DNA from: Octopus sinensis
Lineage: Eukaryota
Assembly: GCF_006345805.1 (NCBI RefSeq)
Contig: NC_043005.1
Location: 97,464,001 to 97,528,000, forward strand
Reading direction: 5' to 3'
Length of the DNA: 64,000 nt
Within the stretch, counting starts at the first letter, position 1. Every line of letters starts with the position of its first letter. Made by a program: the position numbers and the translations under genes. The notes under the pieces are model-generated. The model ran no database searches. It was not told the origin of the DNA and worked only from the letters and a program-made list of their open reading frames with translations. This document shows positions 1-11,806 of the stretch, piece after piece.

Positions 1-340
1 GAAATCTTTTGAGTCAATTACATCAACCCCAGTACAAAACTGGTACTTATTTTAACGGACCTGAAAGGATGAAATGCAAAACTGACTGTGGCGTAATTTG
101 AACTCACAATGTAAAAAAGTTGCTACTAAGCATTTTGTCTAGTGTACTAACGATTCTGTCAGCTTGGTTTCGAAGGAAGTTGATTACATCAGCCCCAGTG
201 TTCAACTGGGGCTTATTTTGTTAACTTCAAAAAGAGGAATGGCAAAATTGATGCCAGTGGAATTTGAACTTAGAACATACAGAGCCAGGAGAAATGCTGC
301 CAAGCAATTTTGTCTGGCAAGGTAATAATTCTGCTATTTT
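1..340 (-). mobile_element. Two adjacent degenerate tRNA-derived SINEs with a CTTTGCCTTTCATCCTTTCGGGGTCGATAAA-type central domain (family N)
   Basis: Same motifs (gaaaggatgaaaggcaaag, atttgaactcagaa, ctggtacttatttt) recur at ~33950-34050, 37430-37580, 37930-38045, 38570-38730, 39790-39930, 43330-43730, 44690-44890, 53770-54400 and 54830-54960. Confidence 0.8.
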
Positions 341-1529
341 GATAACCTCTTTTATTTGACACAAAGGTGTCAAATGAAGGAGACTTTACAAGGACAGCTT
401 ACAGCTTGTTTGTTTGTTCGTGTGTGTGTGTGTAAGTAATCCACTTAGTAGACTAAATTATATAAAAATATGCAAATTACACAAGTTGCAAATTACAAGA
501 TGGAAAATCTGACACAAGAAAAAAAAATCTTCCCCCTGTCGTTAAAGACATTTTTATCTTTCAGTGAAACTTTTCATGAAAGGAATCTTGAGTGACATGA
601 TGGACTTTTCCCCTCTTATTCTGTCAGTGATGCAACACAAAACTTATCTCATAATTTTAGTCAAAAGCTGCCTTGTAGTTGCATCATTCAGTAAGTGTTG
701 AATGATTTTCAGGATAAAATGGTAAAGAATGAATGCTTCTATTTTTCAAGGCAATAAGACCAACATTATAAAGCTAAAGAAACAATATTGCTTTATAAAA
801 CAGAAACAAGCAAGTTTGTGGCTTATACAATTAAATTGTGGCAGTGATAGATATAATATAATTCAGTAATGTTTCCTCACATCAAATATCAGGGCTTATA
901 AGATGTAGTCATTCATTCATGTATATACTTCTTGTTTGGAAGGCTTCCTGTCGAAGAAAGCCCCTTCATAAAATTACATAAATATAATTACATTAAAATT
1001 TTCAGCCAAAAATTTCGGCAGATAGATTTTGAAGATTATTTTGTGTTTGGTACTTGTATTTACTTTAAGTTTTGGGCAGAACTAATTAGTTTTTATTTTT
1101 TGTTATTTTAAACTTTGATGCTTATTTAAGAATAAACTTTAATTCAAGTTCTGTATTTAATGGCATGTAAGACATTTTCCCCAACAAAAACTGTCACAAA
1201 TAATCTCCCTGGATCCTATATAGAAAGGCAGGCCTCCCAAAAACTAATTTTGTTACATACTTTAATACACTAAATTTATTTCTTTCCCAGAATATGCACT
1301 GCTGAAATTGGGTGTGTCTCGTTTTTGCCAACTTGGGTGTATCTAGTTTTTGCCCATGTTTCTTTTATGCCTTCAATCAAATAAAGTATATTTGCATAAC
1401 ATGCCACTTTGAAGCACAGATTTTGGCCTATTTATTTATGCTAACAGATTTGCTTACGCTGTTTATTCTAGTTTACTTTGTGCAGTGAAATTAAAAATGT
1501 GAGGAAAAAATGTTAATTCAAGCAATTTT

Positions 1530-2190
1530 ACGATAGGTGTTCAAAATGGAATACAAAGCAGAGAAAACTGGTCATGATAACCAACATGATAACCAGCATT
1601 TGGTCAGTATTGAGTTCCAAAAATGTTATAGCGGAGATGAGAGCCTTGAAGATATGGGAGGTTATAGACAATCTTATGTGATTGAGAACTACTAAGAGAG
1701 GGCCATTATTGAAACACCCAAAACAACTCAAGAGGTTACAGAAGAACTAAACAACTACCAGTCAAGAGGTTGTTTGGCATTTGTACCACTTCATAATCAC
1801 ATTGTAACGGTTGATGAAAAATGGATTGTATATGATAACTGATTGCTTTCTGTGGTGAATGGACAGAGGTGAAACAACAAACCACTTCTCTAAATTGAAG
1901 CTGGATCAAAAGAAAGTTGTGATCAGTATTTGGAGGTCAGCAAATGGAGTCCTCCTCTACTATTTCTAGAATCTTGGTGAAATCATTACAGTAGATAAAT
2001 ACTGACAAGAAATTGACAGAATGTACCAAGAACTGCATTGTTTGCGTCTAGTAATGGTCACTCTAAAAAAAGATAAATTCTTTTTCATGACAAAGCCAGA
2101 ACATGTCTTGTAAATGATTTTGCAGAAACTAAAACTTTTTTCGAGTTGGCAAAAATGTAATGATTCTAATACTCGTTATTTCAATGAATA
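1530..2190 (+). pseudogene. Highly degraded mariner transposase relic (Hsmar1/SETMAR-like)
   Basis: Plus-strand fragments DEKWIVYDN, KLDQKKVVISIW, ITVDKY..EID and FFHDKAR, with many stops and frameshifts. Confidence 0.7.
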
Positions 2191-2599
2191 AAATTCATTC
2201 TCAGTCAAGATAAATTACTTTAACTCTTTTGATACCAATCCCACCTGAGACTGGCCCTGGTTCTATGAAAGAAATTTCCTGTTTTAAAGGGATCTAAATT
2301 AAAGTCTTCCATCAAATTTTTATGTTAATTTATGTCTAAAATACCAACTTTAGTTATTTTATTATGTTGTGTGGACGCCCCCCCCACCCCGACGATAAGT
2401 AGGCTACTCCAATATAAATAGTGGATGTGATAGCTAGTCATAGAAGTGTCGCGTAGAGCAAGCCAGAGCTGTCGGTAGACTAGACGTTGAGTTCTGTTAA
2501 GTTGAGTCGGTGGATGTGAGAGTTTGGTAGTTGAGTAGAGGTATGTTATTGGCGAAGGCATGCCCTCCAAATGTGCGCTATAACAGTGGCGATGAGGTT

Positions 2600-3290
2600 T
2601 CCAATAGTACCAAATTGGAAGAGTTACTGAAAGCAGTTGTCAAGCAGCAACAGCTGTTAACAGAATTGTTACTGCAGTCAATAAATATGATATTCATTTT
2701 CAGCAAACGGTGTTGCGAATTCCATCGAAGAATTTCACTACAAACCAGATGAAGGAACTACTTTTGCTGCATATTACGGACGATACCAAGACATATTCCA
2801 AGAAGAATGCAAGGGATGGTCTAGTGAAAGGAAGGTAAGACTTCTTTTGTGAAAGCTTGCCCCTCCGGAACATGAAAGTTTTTGTAACTTTATTTTGTGG
2901 AGAAAGCCCGCGGAATTGTGTTTTGATGAAACGATAAATATTTTGACTAATATTTTTAGCGAGAAAAGTTTGCAGTTTAACATTCGGTGGGAATTTTTTA
3001 ATTTAAAGAAAAATGAGTCCAATGATTTTGTAACATATGCCAGTATGGTTAATAAGGATTGCGAAAGGTTTAATCTGGAAGAATTAATGCCAGATATGTT
3101 CAAAGTGCCTAATATTTGTTAAAGGGCTGGTGGCACTGGAAGACGTGGAAATTAGAAAAAGAATATTATCAAAGCTGAATCAAGATGTGAAACTAACCTT
3201 GCAGAAAGTGGCTGAGGAATGCCAACAAATAATAAACCTTCGAGAAGATACAAGAAAAATAGATGACAAAGTTTTTGCAGGTGTATAGAA
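2600..3290 (+). pseudogene. Frameshifted gag-like region of the gypsy element
   Basis: Pieces EEFHYKPDEGTTFAAYYGRYQDIF, KVRLLL, ETINILTNIFSEKS, YASMVNKDCERF and FKCLIFVKGL..EIRKRILSKL are typical of K02A2.6-like gag. Confidence 0.75.
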
Positions 3291-3386
3291 TAACACCTAA
3301 TCCAAATGCAGAGTCAGGTAGGTTACCCACAGATTGGATGTTTTCCAGAAAAATTCGTTCTATTTTTGATAAATTGTTGCCAAGTA

Positions 3387-4651
3387 CGAGGGGCGTTCAA
3401 TAAGTAATGCCCCTGACCCACTTGCAGTTGTTTGATCTAGCTGAAATTTTGCATGTGCACTTATTTATACCTCTATAGATTAAGTGGCGAATTACAGCTC
3501 TGAACTAATTGTGGTTTCTGATTTACAGGTGTTTGAACTGAGTCAAGTGTGAAATGGAGCCTGTTGAGTGTCGAGCAGTGATCTGGTTTTTGTATTTGAA
3601 AGGACGCACACCACGGGAGACTTTTGATGAAATGAAAGTAACTTATGTGATGATGTCCCATCATATGACCTTGTAAAACGCTGGCATCGTGAATTCAAAC
3701 ATAGTCGGAACTCTGTGGAAACAGCTGCCAGATCTGGTCGCCCCCTTCTGCCATTGATGAGGCATCTGTCTGTCAAGTTGAGGCTGCCATTTTGGAAGAT
3801 CGACGCATAACTATTCGCCAAATAGCCCATGAGGTCAAGATTAGTACCGGGTCTGTGGAAACTATCATTCATGACCATTTGCATATGCAAAAGGTGTCTG
3901 CCAGATGGATTTCCAGGTTGCTCACACCTTTTCAGAAGCAAGAACACGTCGAGTGCTCGAGGATGAATTTGGAGATGTGCCAAAAAGATGAGTCAAAATT
4001 TTTCAAAAGACTGATCACACAGGATAAAACCTGGGTCCATCACTATGATCCATAGACCAAAGCCCAGTCAATGCAGTGAAAGCACCGTGACTCATCTCCT
4101 CCAAAGAAGGCAAGGGTGCAGCCCTCCGCTGACAAGGTTATGCTCAGTCTTCTGGGACCAGGACGGAGTAGTGATGACAGATTTCCTGGCAAAGGGTACC
4201 ACAATTACAGAGCCTATTATGCTTCACTTTTGAGGAAATTAAGAGAAGCTATCAAAATCAAGAGGCGGGGCAAGATCAGCAAAGGCATCCTCCTCCTGCA
4301 GGACAACGCTCCGGTCCACAACTCGCGTGTCGCCAGATCAGAAGCGCAGGCGTGCAGCTATGAACTCCTCCCCTTGCACCCTCTGATTTTCATCTCTTCC
4401 CAGCCATGAAGTTAATTTTGAAGGAAAGCGTTTCCCGGATGATGCAGCCTTGATTTCTGAAGTCACGTCGTGGTTGGAGGACCAAGCTGAGGTCTTCTAC
4501 AAAAACGGTCTCCAGAGCTGTATCAAACGATGGGAGAAATGCATAACTCTGGGTAGTTCCTATGTAGGAAAAGACTAATAACTGTGCCAAGTGTCGTTGC
4601 TCTACTGCTATGGGAAGTGGGTCAGGGGCATTACTTATTGAACGCCCCTCG
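3387..4651 (+). mobile_element. Mariner transposon (irritans/Hsmar2-Himar1-like), full length 1265 bp, nested in the gypsy element
   Basis: Perfect 36-bp TIRs cgaggggcgttcaataagtaatgcccctgacccact (3387-3422; reverse complement at 4616-4651), flanked by TA on both sides. Confidence 0.95.
3554..4578 (+). pseudogene. Disrupted mariner transposase
   Basis: MEPVECRAVIWFL...KVSARWISRLLT...ITQDKTWVHHYDP...LQDNAPVH...RWEKCI, with stops at ~4052 and ~4076, several frameshifts and loss of the YSPDL motif. Confidence 0.9.
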
Positions 4652-7339
4652 TAGGAAACAGAAAATAGAAAATTCAGGAAGAACGAAATATTTTAATACA
4701 GGTGATGAAGTGTATTTAAAATATATAGAAACGGAAAACAGGACTGGAACAAGGAAGTATAACTAGACGTCTAGGTAACATGATGTACATGGTAAAAGGA
4801 CCGACCACAGAAGGCATTTAAACCAATTTAAAAGAAGATATACCAAAAAATCAAGAGAGGCGAGAGGAACCAATGGATATATGGTATGATATATGGTATG
4901 GACGATAAGTAGGCTAGTCCAGTATGTATAAATAGTGGACGTATTAGCTAGTCGTAGAAGTGTCGCATAGAGTGAGCCGGAGCCTTCGGTAGACTAGATG
5001 TTGAGTTCTGTTGAGTCGAGTCATTGGAAGTGAGAGTTTGGTAGTTGAGTAGAGGTACGTTATTGGCAAAGGCAAGCCATCTGAACGTGCGATATAACAT
5101 ATTAAATTCTTCATTATTTTCAAAATCAATTGAAACCAAGGTACTGTGTTTCAACAGGAATATGGTAACAAAAGGCTTAAGTTGATGGTTCAAAATTGCA
5201 ATTGTTTAAACCACCTTGATATTTACTTTAACCAACCTTGGGAAGTAAAGAAACATAACTAAATATGCAAAACATTTTACTAAAGACCGACTGATTCTGA
5301 TAGTGCTATGCCCTTATAATTATAACACCTGTAATAGTTGGAAATATTTAGAGTATGAGAGGGGGGGGAGTTGTCAGCCTGAGGAAATATGTATAGTATG
5401 GGGGTTATTGTTAGTCTGAGGTATTAGGAAAGGGCATTTGGCCCCTTATGCACATTTCCTTCCTTAGACGCACTCATCACAGTGATGGTAAGGTATGCTG
5501 GTGTTTACATCTTTGAAGTATTTAAGGGATATTAACTTCTATATATGAATTTATCAAACAAATATGATAATGAAAGAGTTACTAAATGGATGCTAGAAGT
5601 GCTAGAAATAGCAACCTAATCTTCATATCTTATTCTGTCTTAAAAAAAGAGATGAGGATACATTGTGTAATGTATTTGGCAAACTAGTTGTAATATTTTA
5701 CTTTCTTAATGACACGAATATTCTCAGGTTTTGGGGTTTGTATTTTATAATTGACAGAGGCAGTTCTAAATGGTCAAGGATGATTGTTTATCAAATTTAA
5801 CTTTTATGGGTTCGCATATGAAGATGCAGGCCAATAAAGGAGTCACTAGTCCAATTGTAGGCTGGGTATTTGTTATTCTGCATGAAAAGCACTGTATTGG
5901 ACAACAGCTGCCCCTGTGCCATTCCTAAACGAGGAGCTCTTAAATTCCACAATCTTGTTTTTGTTGCTACAAGGTAATTATTATCAGAGGACCTTTGAAA
6001 AGAATCTAAGGGATTCCTGGAGCACAGTTTTGTTTAGCAGAGAGAGACTTTTGCACATCTGTTTCTTAACAATTTTGACCTTTGTTCGATGGCAAAGAAC
6101 TGAAAACAATTGATGGTAGCAAATCCATTGAAGGAATGTGACAACCCCACCACCTATTCTGCTGGGTTTCAAATTTTACCATAATTTCTTGGAATGGCAA
6201 AAGAAAGTTTGGTAGCACTTGCCTGAGGTGCTGCCTTGATTCTGTAGAAAGATGGAGTGCTCTAATGTCCCCTTTATTTATGAGTTGGTAAGGAATAGTG
6301 TTCTGTACCTTACCCAAACCATTCGTATTTAAGATTCCTGCTAATACCACATAAACATCATTGTAAATAATATTGTCCTTGTAACTGCAGAGACATTGAT
6401 TTTTCTTTTTTGTTCCTGTTGGTGCCAATGGTTACAATGGCTTTACATATATTTACAATCAGTTCACAACTGAAGTAATTGGTTTTTATTATGGTTGACT
6501 GATTGTCTGACAACCACTCACTCATAAAACAGAAGTGGAGCAGGCTGAGACAAGCAGAGTTATGTACCTTGCTACAAATACACACTTGTAATAATAGTTG
6601 CAGTAGTGGTGGTGGTAGTAGTAATAGTAGTTATAGCGGTAGAAGTAGTAATAAAGATTGCCATTGTAGTAGTAGTAGGAGCAGTAGCATACTCATATAT
6701 AATCAATAGACTTGCACTTAGTTTACATTCAAACTGGTATTAATTTTCTGTGAACAATAGTGATCTTGATAGTGGATCTCTAACAGGTAGAATTACCAGT
6801 CCTGACGTCAGGTGTGAGAAGGGAGTGCTTGTATAATTTAGGAGGAACAAATACCACAAGAGACATTTGTTTAAAAGTAACAGTTTATTACCAATGCTTA
6901 CTATTTCTCTGATATACTTCAACACGAAATACATACATGCACATAAATATATACATTCTTCCTTCTATTACCTTGTTTGAGTTACTAGATTGCAGCCGAG
7001 CATTGCCTTGAAGACATATATATACATATCAAAACAAAAAGTTAAACCTTGTGGACAGCTCGTCAGACTATGCGAAACCTTTGGTAATTCTATGACCAGA
7101 ATTTAAATTTTGTTTTATTACTGCTCTAGTCCTTAAAGTGTGCTTCTTTTTCTGCTTTATGTTTTATTGACTATATATATATATGTATAGGCATACATAC
7201 ATCATATCATATATATCATCATTATTATTTAACAGGAGCTGGCCAACTGAAGGGCTATCTGGGCTACATGCTTGTTTTGGCATGGTTTCTATGGCTGGAT
7301 GTTTTTCCTAACACTAACACACACACATATAATAATAAT

Positions 7340-7740
7340 GAAATTATTGTATACAGTGCTCGGGTGCACCACAACTTGTCAAAAGTGCATATAAAGTATA
7401 TGCAGTAATGTACAAAAGTGGAAAGTGAACAGTGTATGAGTCAGATACATGCTTGCTTGTGTATATGGAGGGGAGAAAATCAGGTGTAGTGTTGGCGAAT
7501 CTCAGGAAGCATGGAAGTTTTGAAGGATGCAGTGCTCCGACAACAAACAACTGATGCCGACAGTCTGTTCCATGCTTCAGAAACTCTTAGCGTGAAAAAA
7601 TGTTTCCGAAAGTCACGGGAGCTGTGCTGTTTTCTGACTTTGTAAACATGTCCACGGGTGTTAGACAGGTGGAGTTTGAAAAGGTGCTCAGAGTTATTGT
7701 TTGTAAGATAGTTACACACATGATGGGCTTCAGCTTCCAT
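7340..7740 (-). mobile_element. 3' end of a CR1/L2-group LINE
   Basis: RGHVYKVRKQHSSRDFRKHFFTLRVSEAWNRL...ASFKT is the typical CR1-clade ORF2 C-terminus. Confidence 0.8.
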
Positions 7741-9964
7741 TGATCAAATTTATTTACAAGCCAAAGTTTAGCCCTGGGATATAATAGAAAACATTTGTCC
7801 AGGATTGAACTCAAAATTATGTGGTTGTGAGCTTCTTAACCAAACAGCTATGCTTGCACACACACACAGAGGATAGGCTTTTGAAAATAGGTGAATTAAC
7901 TGAGTAGCATATTTCCTCATCCATATGATGTTGAAAAGTCAAAAGAGCTCAGTTAAGAAGTTTGATTGTGTGTCTTGCAGCCCTCTACCTTTCTCAACTC
8001 ATGCATCATAGGGCATCTGCTACCCTTTAACCACCTTTTAGCCCAACCATTAGAGTTGTCTACCTCACCTCCTTTCTCCTATTTCCCTATCTCTTGCAGA
8101 CCTTCAGCCACCCAAAGTCCGCGTTCCTTTGCTCCCACACTTACACTCACCACATCACAACTATTTTTTCACAGCTTTGTAGCTTCTCTGCAAGAACCTG
8201 CTCTCCTCCACCTTCTTTTATACTTTAATCTCTCATTTTCTATCACAGCTGACCCTTACTCCTGCAGGCTTGTTGTCTTGCAAGCTGCATGACGTTCTTA
8301 CAAGTACCAGTGACGCACAAGAAAGAAGAAGGAATGCTGTAAAGTGGTTGGCATTAGGAAGGGTAAACAGCTACAGAAACATTGCCAAAATAGACACAGT
8401 CCTTGAACCCAGATTCTGTCAAACCATCCACCCCAAGCTAGCATGGAACATGGACATTTAATAATAATGATGATTATAGATAGAGCTACACTAGACAAAA
8501 GTTTTGTCATAGCAAAGATATATTTAATATTGTTTACTTTTTGTTTCAAGGTCATCAGTACAGCATTTGTGGAAAGAAGCACAATGGAAGTATCTAACAC
8601 TTCAGGTCACTTGAATGAAATAGAATTACTACTTTAGGTTTTGGCATTGTATTGACTTTACCAACAAAATTCATCTATCTTTAATACTGTCACTTTGAGT
8701 AGGGTCACTTAGGAAGTTTGGAAGAGGCTGTCAGATGAACCAAAATGTGAAATACTAAGGAACCTAACTATTATTTCTATTGAGGGCTATGTTATGGGAT
8801 ATCAAAGTAAAAGAGGTGAAGTATTTACATGCATTAAATAAATCCCGGATTGAACGAAGGAGTTGAACAAAAAAAGAAAAATTTATAGACGGAAAATAAG
8901 ACATGAGAAATAACACTTTATGTTTTAATTATGATCATTAAAATGGCCTCTGTTTCTGTTAGGGTCATTTATACGTCTCATTCTTTTGGATTGATATAAT
9001 TAATTAAACAATCTCTCCAAACATTTGTGGTCTTTGCGCAGGTGTTAAAGATCATTATTAAAGTAAACTACTGAACAAATATATGCATCACAATGCATAT
9101 TTATGCTCTGAATTCATATCCTGCTTGGTGCACTTTGCTTTGCATCCTCTCTTTCACTTTTATTTTTTGAGAGTATCACGAACTAGCATTAATAATTTGT
9201 GCCCTTGAGGCTAACCTGAAAATCGCTTAATAAAACTGTTCCAATTTATTTTATATACAGGAATTTTGTGTTGGTGTTGGGCGTTGCATACTTATAGAAC
9301 CATCTAAACTGTAATCCTGCAAATTGTAGTTTCAGTTGATCATCATCATCGTTTAACGTCCGTTTTCCATGCTAGCATGGGTTGGACGATTTGACTGAGG
9401 GCTGGCGAACCAGGTGGCTGCACCAGGCTCCAATCTTGATTTGGCAGAGTTTCTACAGCAGGATTGCCTTCCAAATGCCAACCACTCCGAGAGTGCTTGT
9501 ATTTATTGCTTATATTTATAAGCAATGGATTGCCATTTACTGATAATTCCTTATATAGATAGGCACAAGAATATCTGTGCAGTTAAGAAGCCTGCTTCCT
9601 AGTCCATATGGTTGTGGGTTGTCGCCACTGCATGACATCTTGGACATGTGCAATCTACTATAGCTTCAAGCCAACCAAAGCCGTGTGAGTGGATTTGGTA
9701 GATGAAACCTGGGAAAAGCCCATAGCATATGTATGTGTGCATGTGCATTCGTCCACGTTTGCATTTTCCCAAAGAGTGCTTACGACAGATTATCCACTAA
9801 CTTTGCACCTTCAAAGACGTAGAATAATGCATTCCTTATTTGACAAATAGGTAAAGGTAAGCAATGGGAAAGACTTCTGGTTGCTAAACAATGTCTCAAT
9901 AATACGATCATTTTAACCTATGCTAGCACAAGAAAAATAAGATATAAAAACAAATGAAATTTAC

Positions 9965-10012
9965 CTGTAGTGCAGCCCTCTGCGCGGGAGTCATTGGAGC
10001 AGCATCATAGCT
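9965..10012 (-). CDS. INIP: INIP coding exon 4 (SYDAAPMTPAQRAALQ)
   Basis: Pyrimidine-rich acceptor ttctcctcctcctacaacag|AGC, donor CAG|gtaaat; 48 nt, phase 0-0. AQRAALQ matches the conserved AQQKAALQ preceding HAHAHSSGYFITQDS in SOSS-C (recalled). Confidence 0.85.
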
Positions 10013-10098
10013 CTGTTGTAGGAGGAGGAGAAAACAAAGAACAAAGTTAAATGCATGGTTTAAATTTTAATTTAGTTGAAACAATATTAGGTCATTAT

Positions 10099-10315
10099 GG
10101 AGATGTATTTGCATAGCGAGTGACTTGATCTGAGATCGTGTGCTGGAATGAACACAATTGCAGCATGGAAGGTGTTTATAAGCCATTTAAGAAACACACA
10201 AAAATCGCTAGATTCACTTCAACATTTAAATTTAATTTGTCAAAATATTTTCGTCGCTTTGAGACGGTGACCTGTTCACTGACAAAACTTCGTGATGCAG
10301 CACGAAGATTGTTAT
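10099..10315 (+). repeat. Unclassified ~215-bp dispersed repeat ending in a small hairpin (cttcgtg...cacgaag)
   Basis: Near-identical to 10940-11132 (gatctgagatcgtgtgct...gttcactgacaaaa). Confidence 0.75.
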
Positions 10316-10992
10316 TTCATTAAATATCTCTCAATTATTGAGTGTTTTAAAATATAGCTATGGTCAAACATCATCATCATTGTTTAATGTCAGTTATCCA
10401 ATGCTGGCATGAGTTGGATGGTTTGACTGGAGCTGGTAAGGCCAGGGGCCACATCAGGCTCCATTGTCTGTTCTGGCATGGTCGGATGCCCTTCCTAAGA
10501 CCAACCATTCCACAGAGTGTACTGGATGCTCTTTATGTGGCACCAGCACTGGTATCAATTCTGCTGTGGTGGACGAGTCTACTTGAGTACAGCCAAATTT
10601 GTTATGCCATCAAAAACTTCATTCTCGGCATGGTACAGCTCTCCATGGTAAATATTTACCACAGTACCTACATGTAGCTCAAATGTATTTTTGATCTCTT
10701 TATAGTTCTTCATTTTGACAATTCACAAAGTTAGTTCTGGGAAGAAAGGATGCATGTATGACAGAATGGAATTCAGTCTACTATTGGTACTTATTTGGTT
10801 GCAGTAAAATATCATTATCATCATCAACCATATGTAGTCCTTGGATCCACCAGATCCTGTCAAACTGTCCAAACCATGCTAGCATGGAACATGAACATTA
10901 AATGATGATGATGTGTGTGTGTGTATATATATATATTACAGAGATGTACTCGCATAGCAAGTGATTTGATCTGAGATCGTGTGCTAAAACGA

Positions 10993-11276
10993 AAACAATT
11001 GCAGCATGGAAGGTGTTTATAAGCCATTTAAGAAACACACAAAAGCCGTTCGATTCACTTCAACATTTAAGTTTAATTTGTCAAAATATTTTCGTCGCTA
11101 AAATCTGCAACCTGTTCACTGACAAAAATCCGTGCTGCATCGGATTTTTGTCAGTGAACAGGTCGCGGATTTTAGCGACGAAAATATTTTGACAAATTAA
11201 ACTTAAATGTTGAAGTGAATCGAACGGCTTTTGTGTGTTTCTTAAATGGCTTACAAACACCTTCCATGCTGCAATT

Positions 11277-11280
<4 letters not shown>
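10993..11280. repeat. Long inverted repeat, ~140-bp arms with an 8-nt loop
   Basis: 10993-11132 is the reverse complement of 11141-11280 apart from a few mismatches/indels; loop tgctgcat; right arm abuts (AT)n(AG)n. Confidence 0.95.
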
Positions 11281-11336
<56 letters not shown>

Positions 11337-11644
11337 TTTTACTTATTTGTTCATTCAATATCTGCTTTTCTGTGTTAGCATTTCAGGCAGAATTGTTATG
11401 ACAAGATTCACCAACCCTAACCAGTTTTTCAAGTTTTTTTTTCTTTTACACCAGAGATATTCAAAAGCACAAAGCTAGTGGACAGTTTGTTGTCAACAAA
11501 CATCACTGCCACATTCCAACCAGAAATTTTGACTGAAGTTAAACTATACAATGTCTGTTGCTAGGTCATGGAGCTGTAGTAAAAGACCAAGGATTGAACC
11601 TGAAACCATGTACTTGAGAAGTGAACTATTTAGCCATGCCTGCA

Positions 11645-11716
<72 letters not shown>

Positions 11717-11806
11717 CGGAGTAAACATATAAATGTGAAACAAGGTGGAAAAAAGAGTACTCAAATACCAGTGGTAGAGTAATATGCTTTATTTTTTTTT
11801 TGCTAG

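Larger units (their letters stand above)
2365..5099 (+). mobile_element. Internally deleted Ty3/gypsy (K02A2.6-like) LTR retrotransposon
   Basis: 5' LTR TG(2365)...CA(2585); PBS-like gtggcgatgagg at 2586; 3' LTR ~4890-5099 ending CA; 5-bp TSD TATTA at 2360-2364 and 5100-5104; gag relic; integrase C-terminal relic (GDEVYLK...RLGNMMYMV...HLNQ) at ~4690-4840; no RT/RNaseH. Confidence 0.9.
2220..5180. mobile_element. piggyBac-like MITE (~215 bp) split by an LTR element
   Basis: TTAA-ctcttttgatacc (2220) ... ggtaacaaaaggc-TTAA (5180). Removing the 2365-5104 insert leaves a sequence matching the uninterrupted copy at 36423-36653. Confidence 0.7.

Noticed and set aside
574-606. Minus-strand HVTQDSF as a candidate last INIP exon
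   Set aside because: Flanks do not give GYF or FGN.ILP, and the frame stops a few codons later.
7045-7085. ctgacgag and cgaaac close together
   Set aside because: They are on opposite strands, so they cannot form one hammerhead.
8551-8605. Plus-strand exon-like segment (tttgtttcaag|GTC...CAG|gtcact)
   Set aside because: No recognisable homology or partner exons; weak donor.
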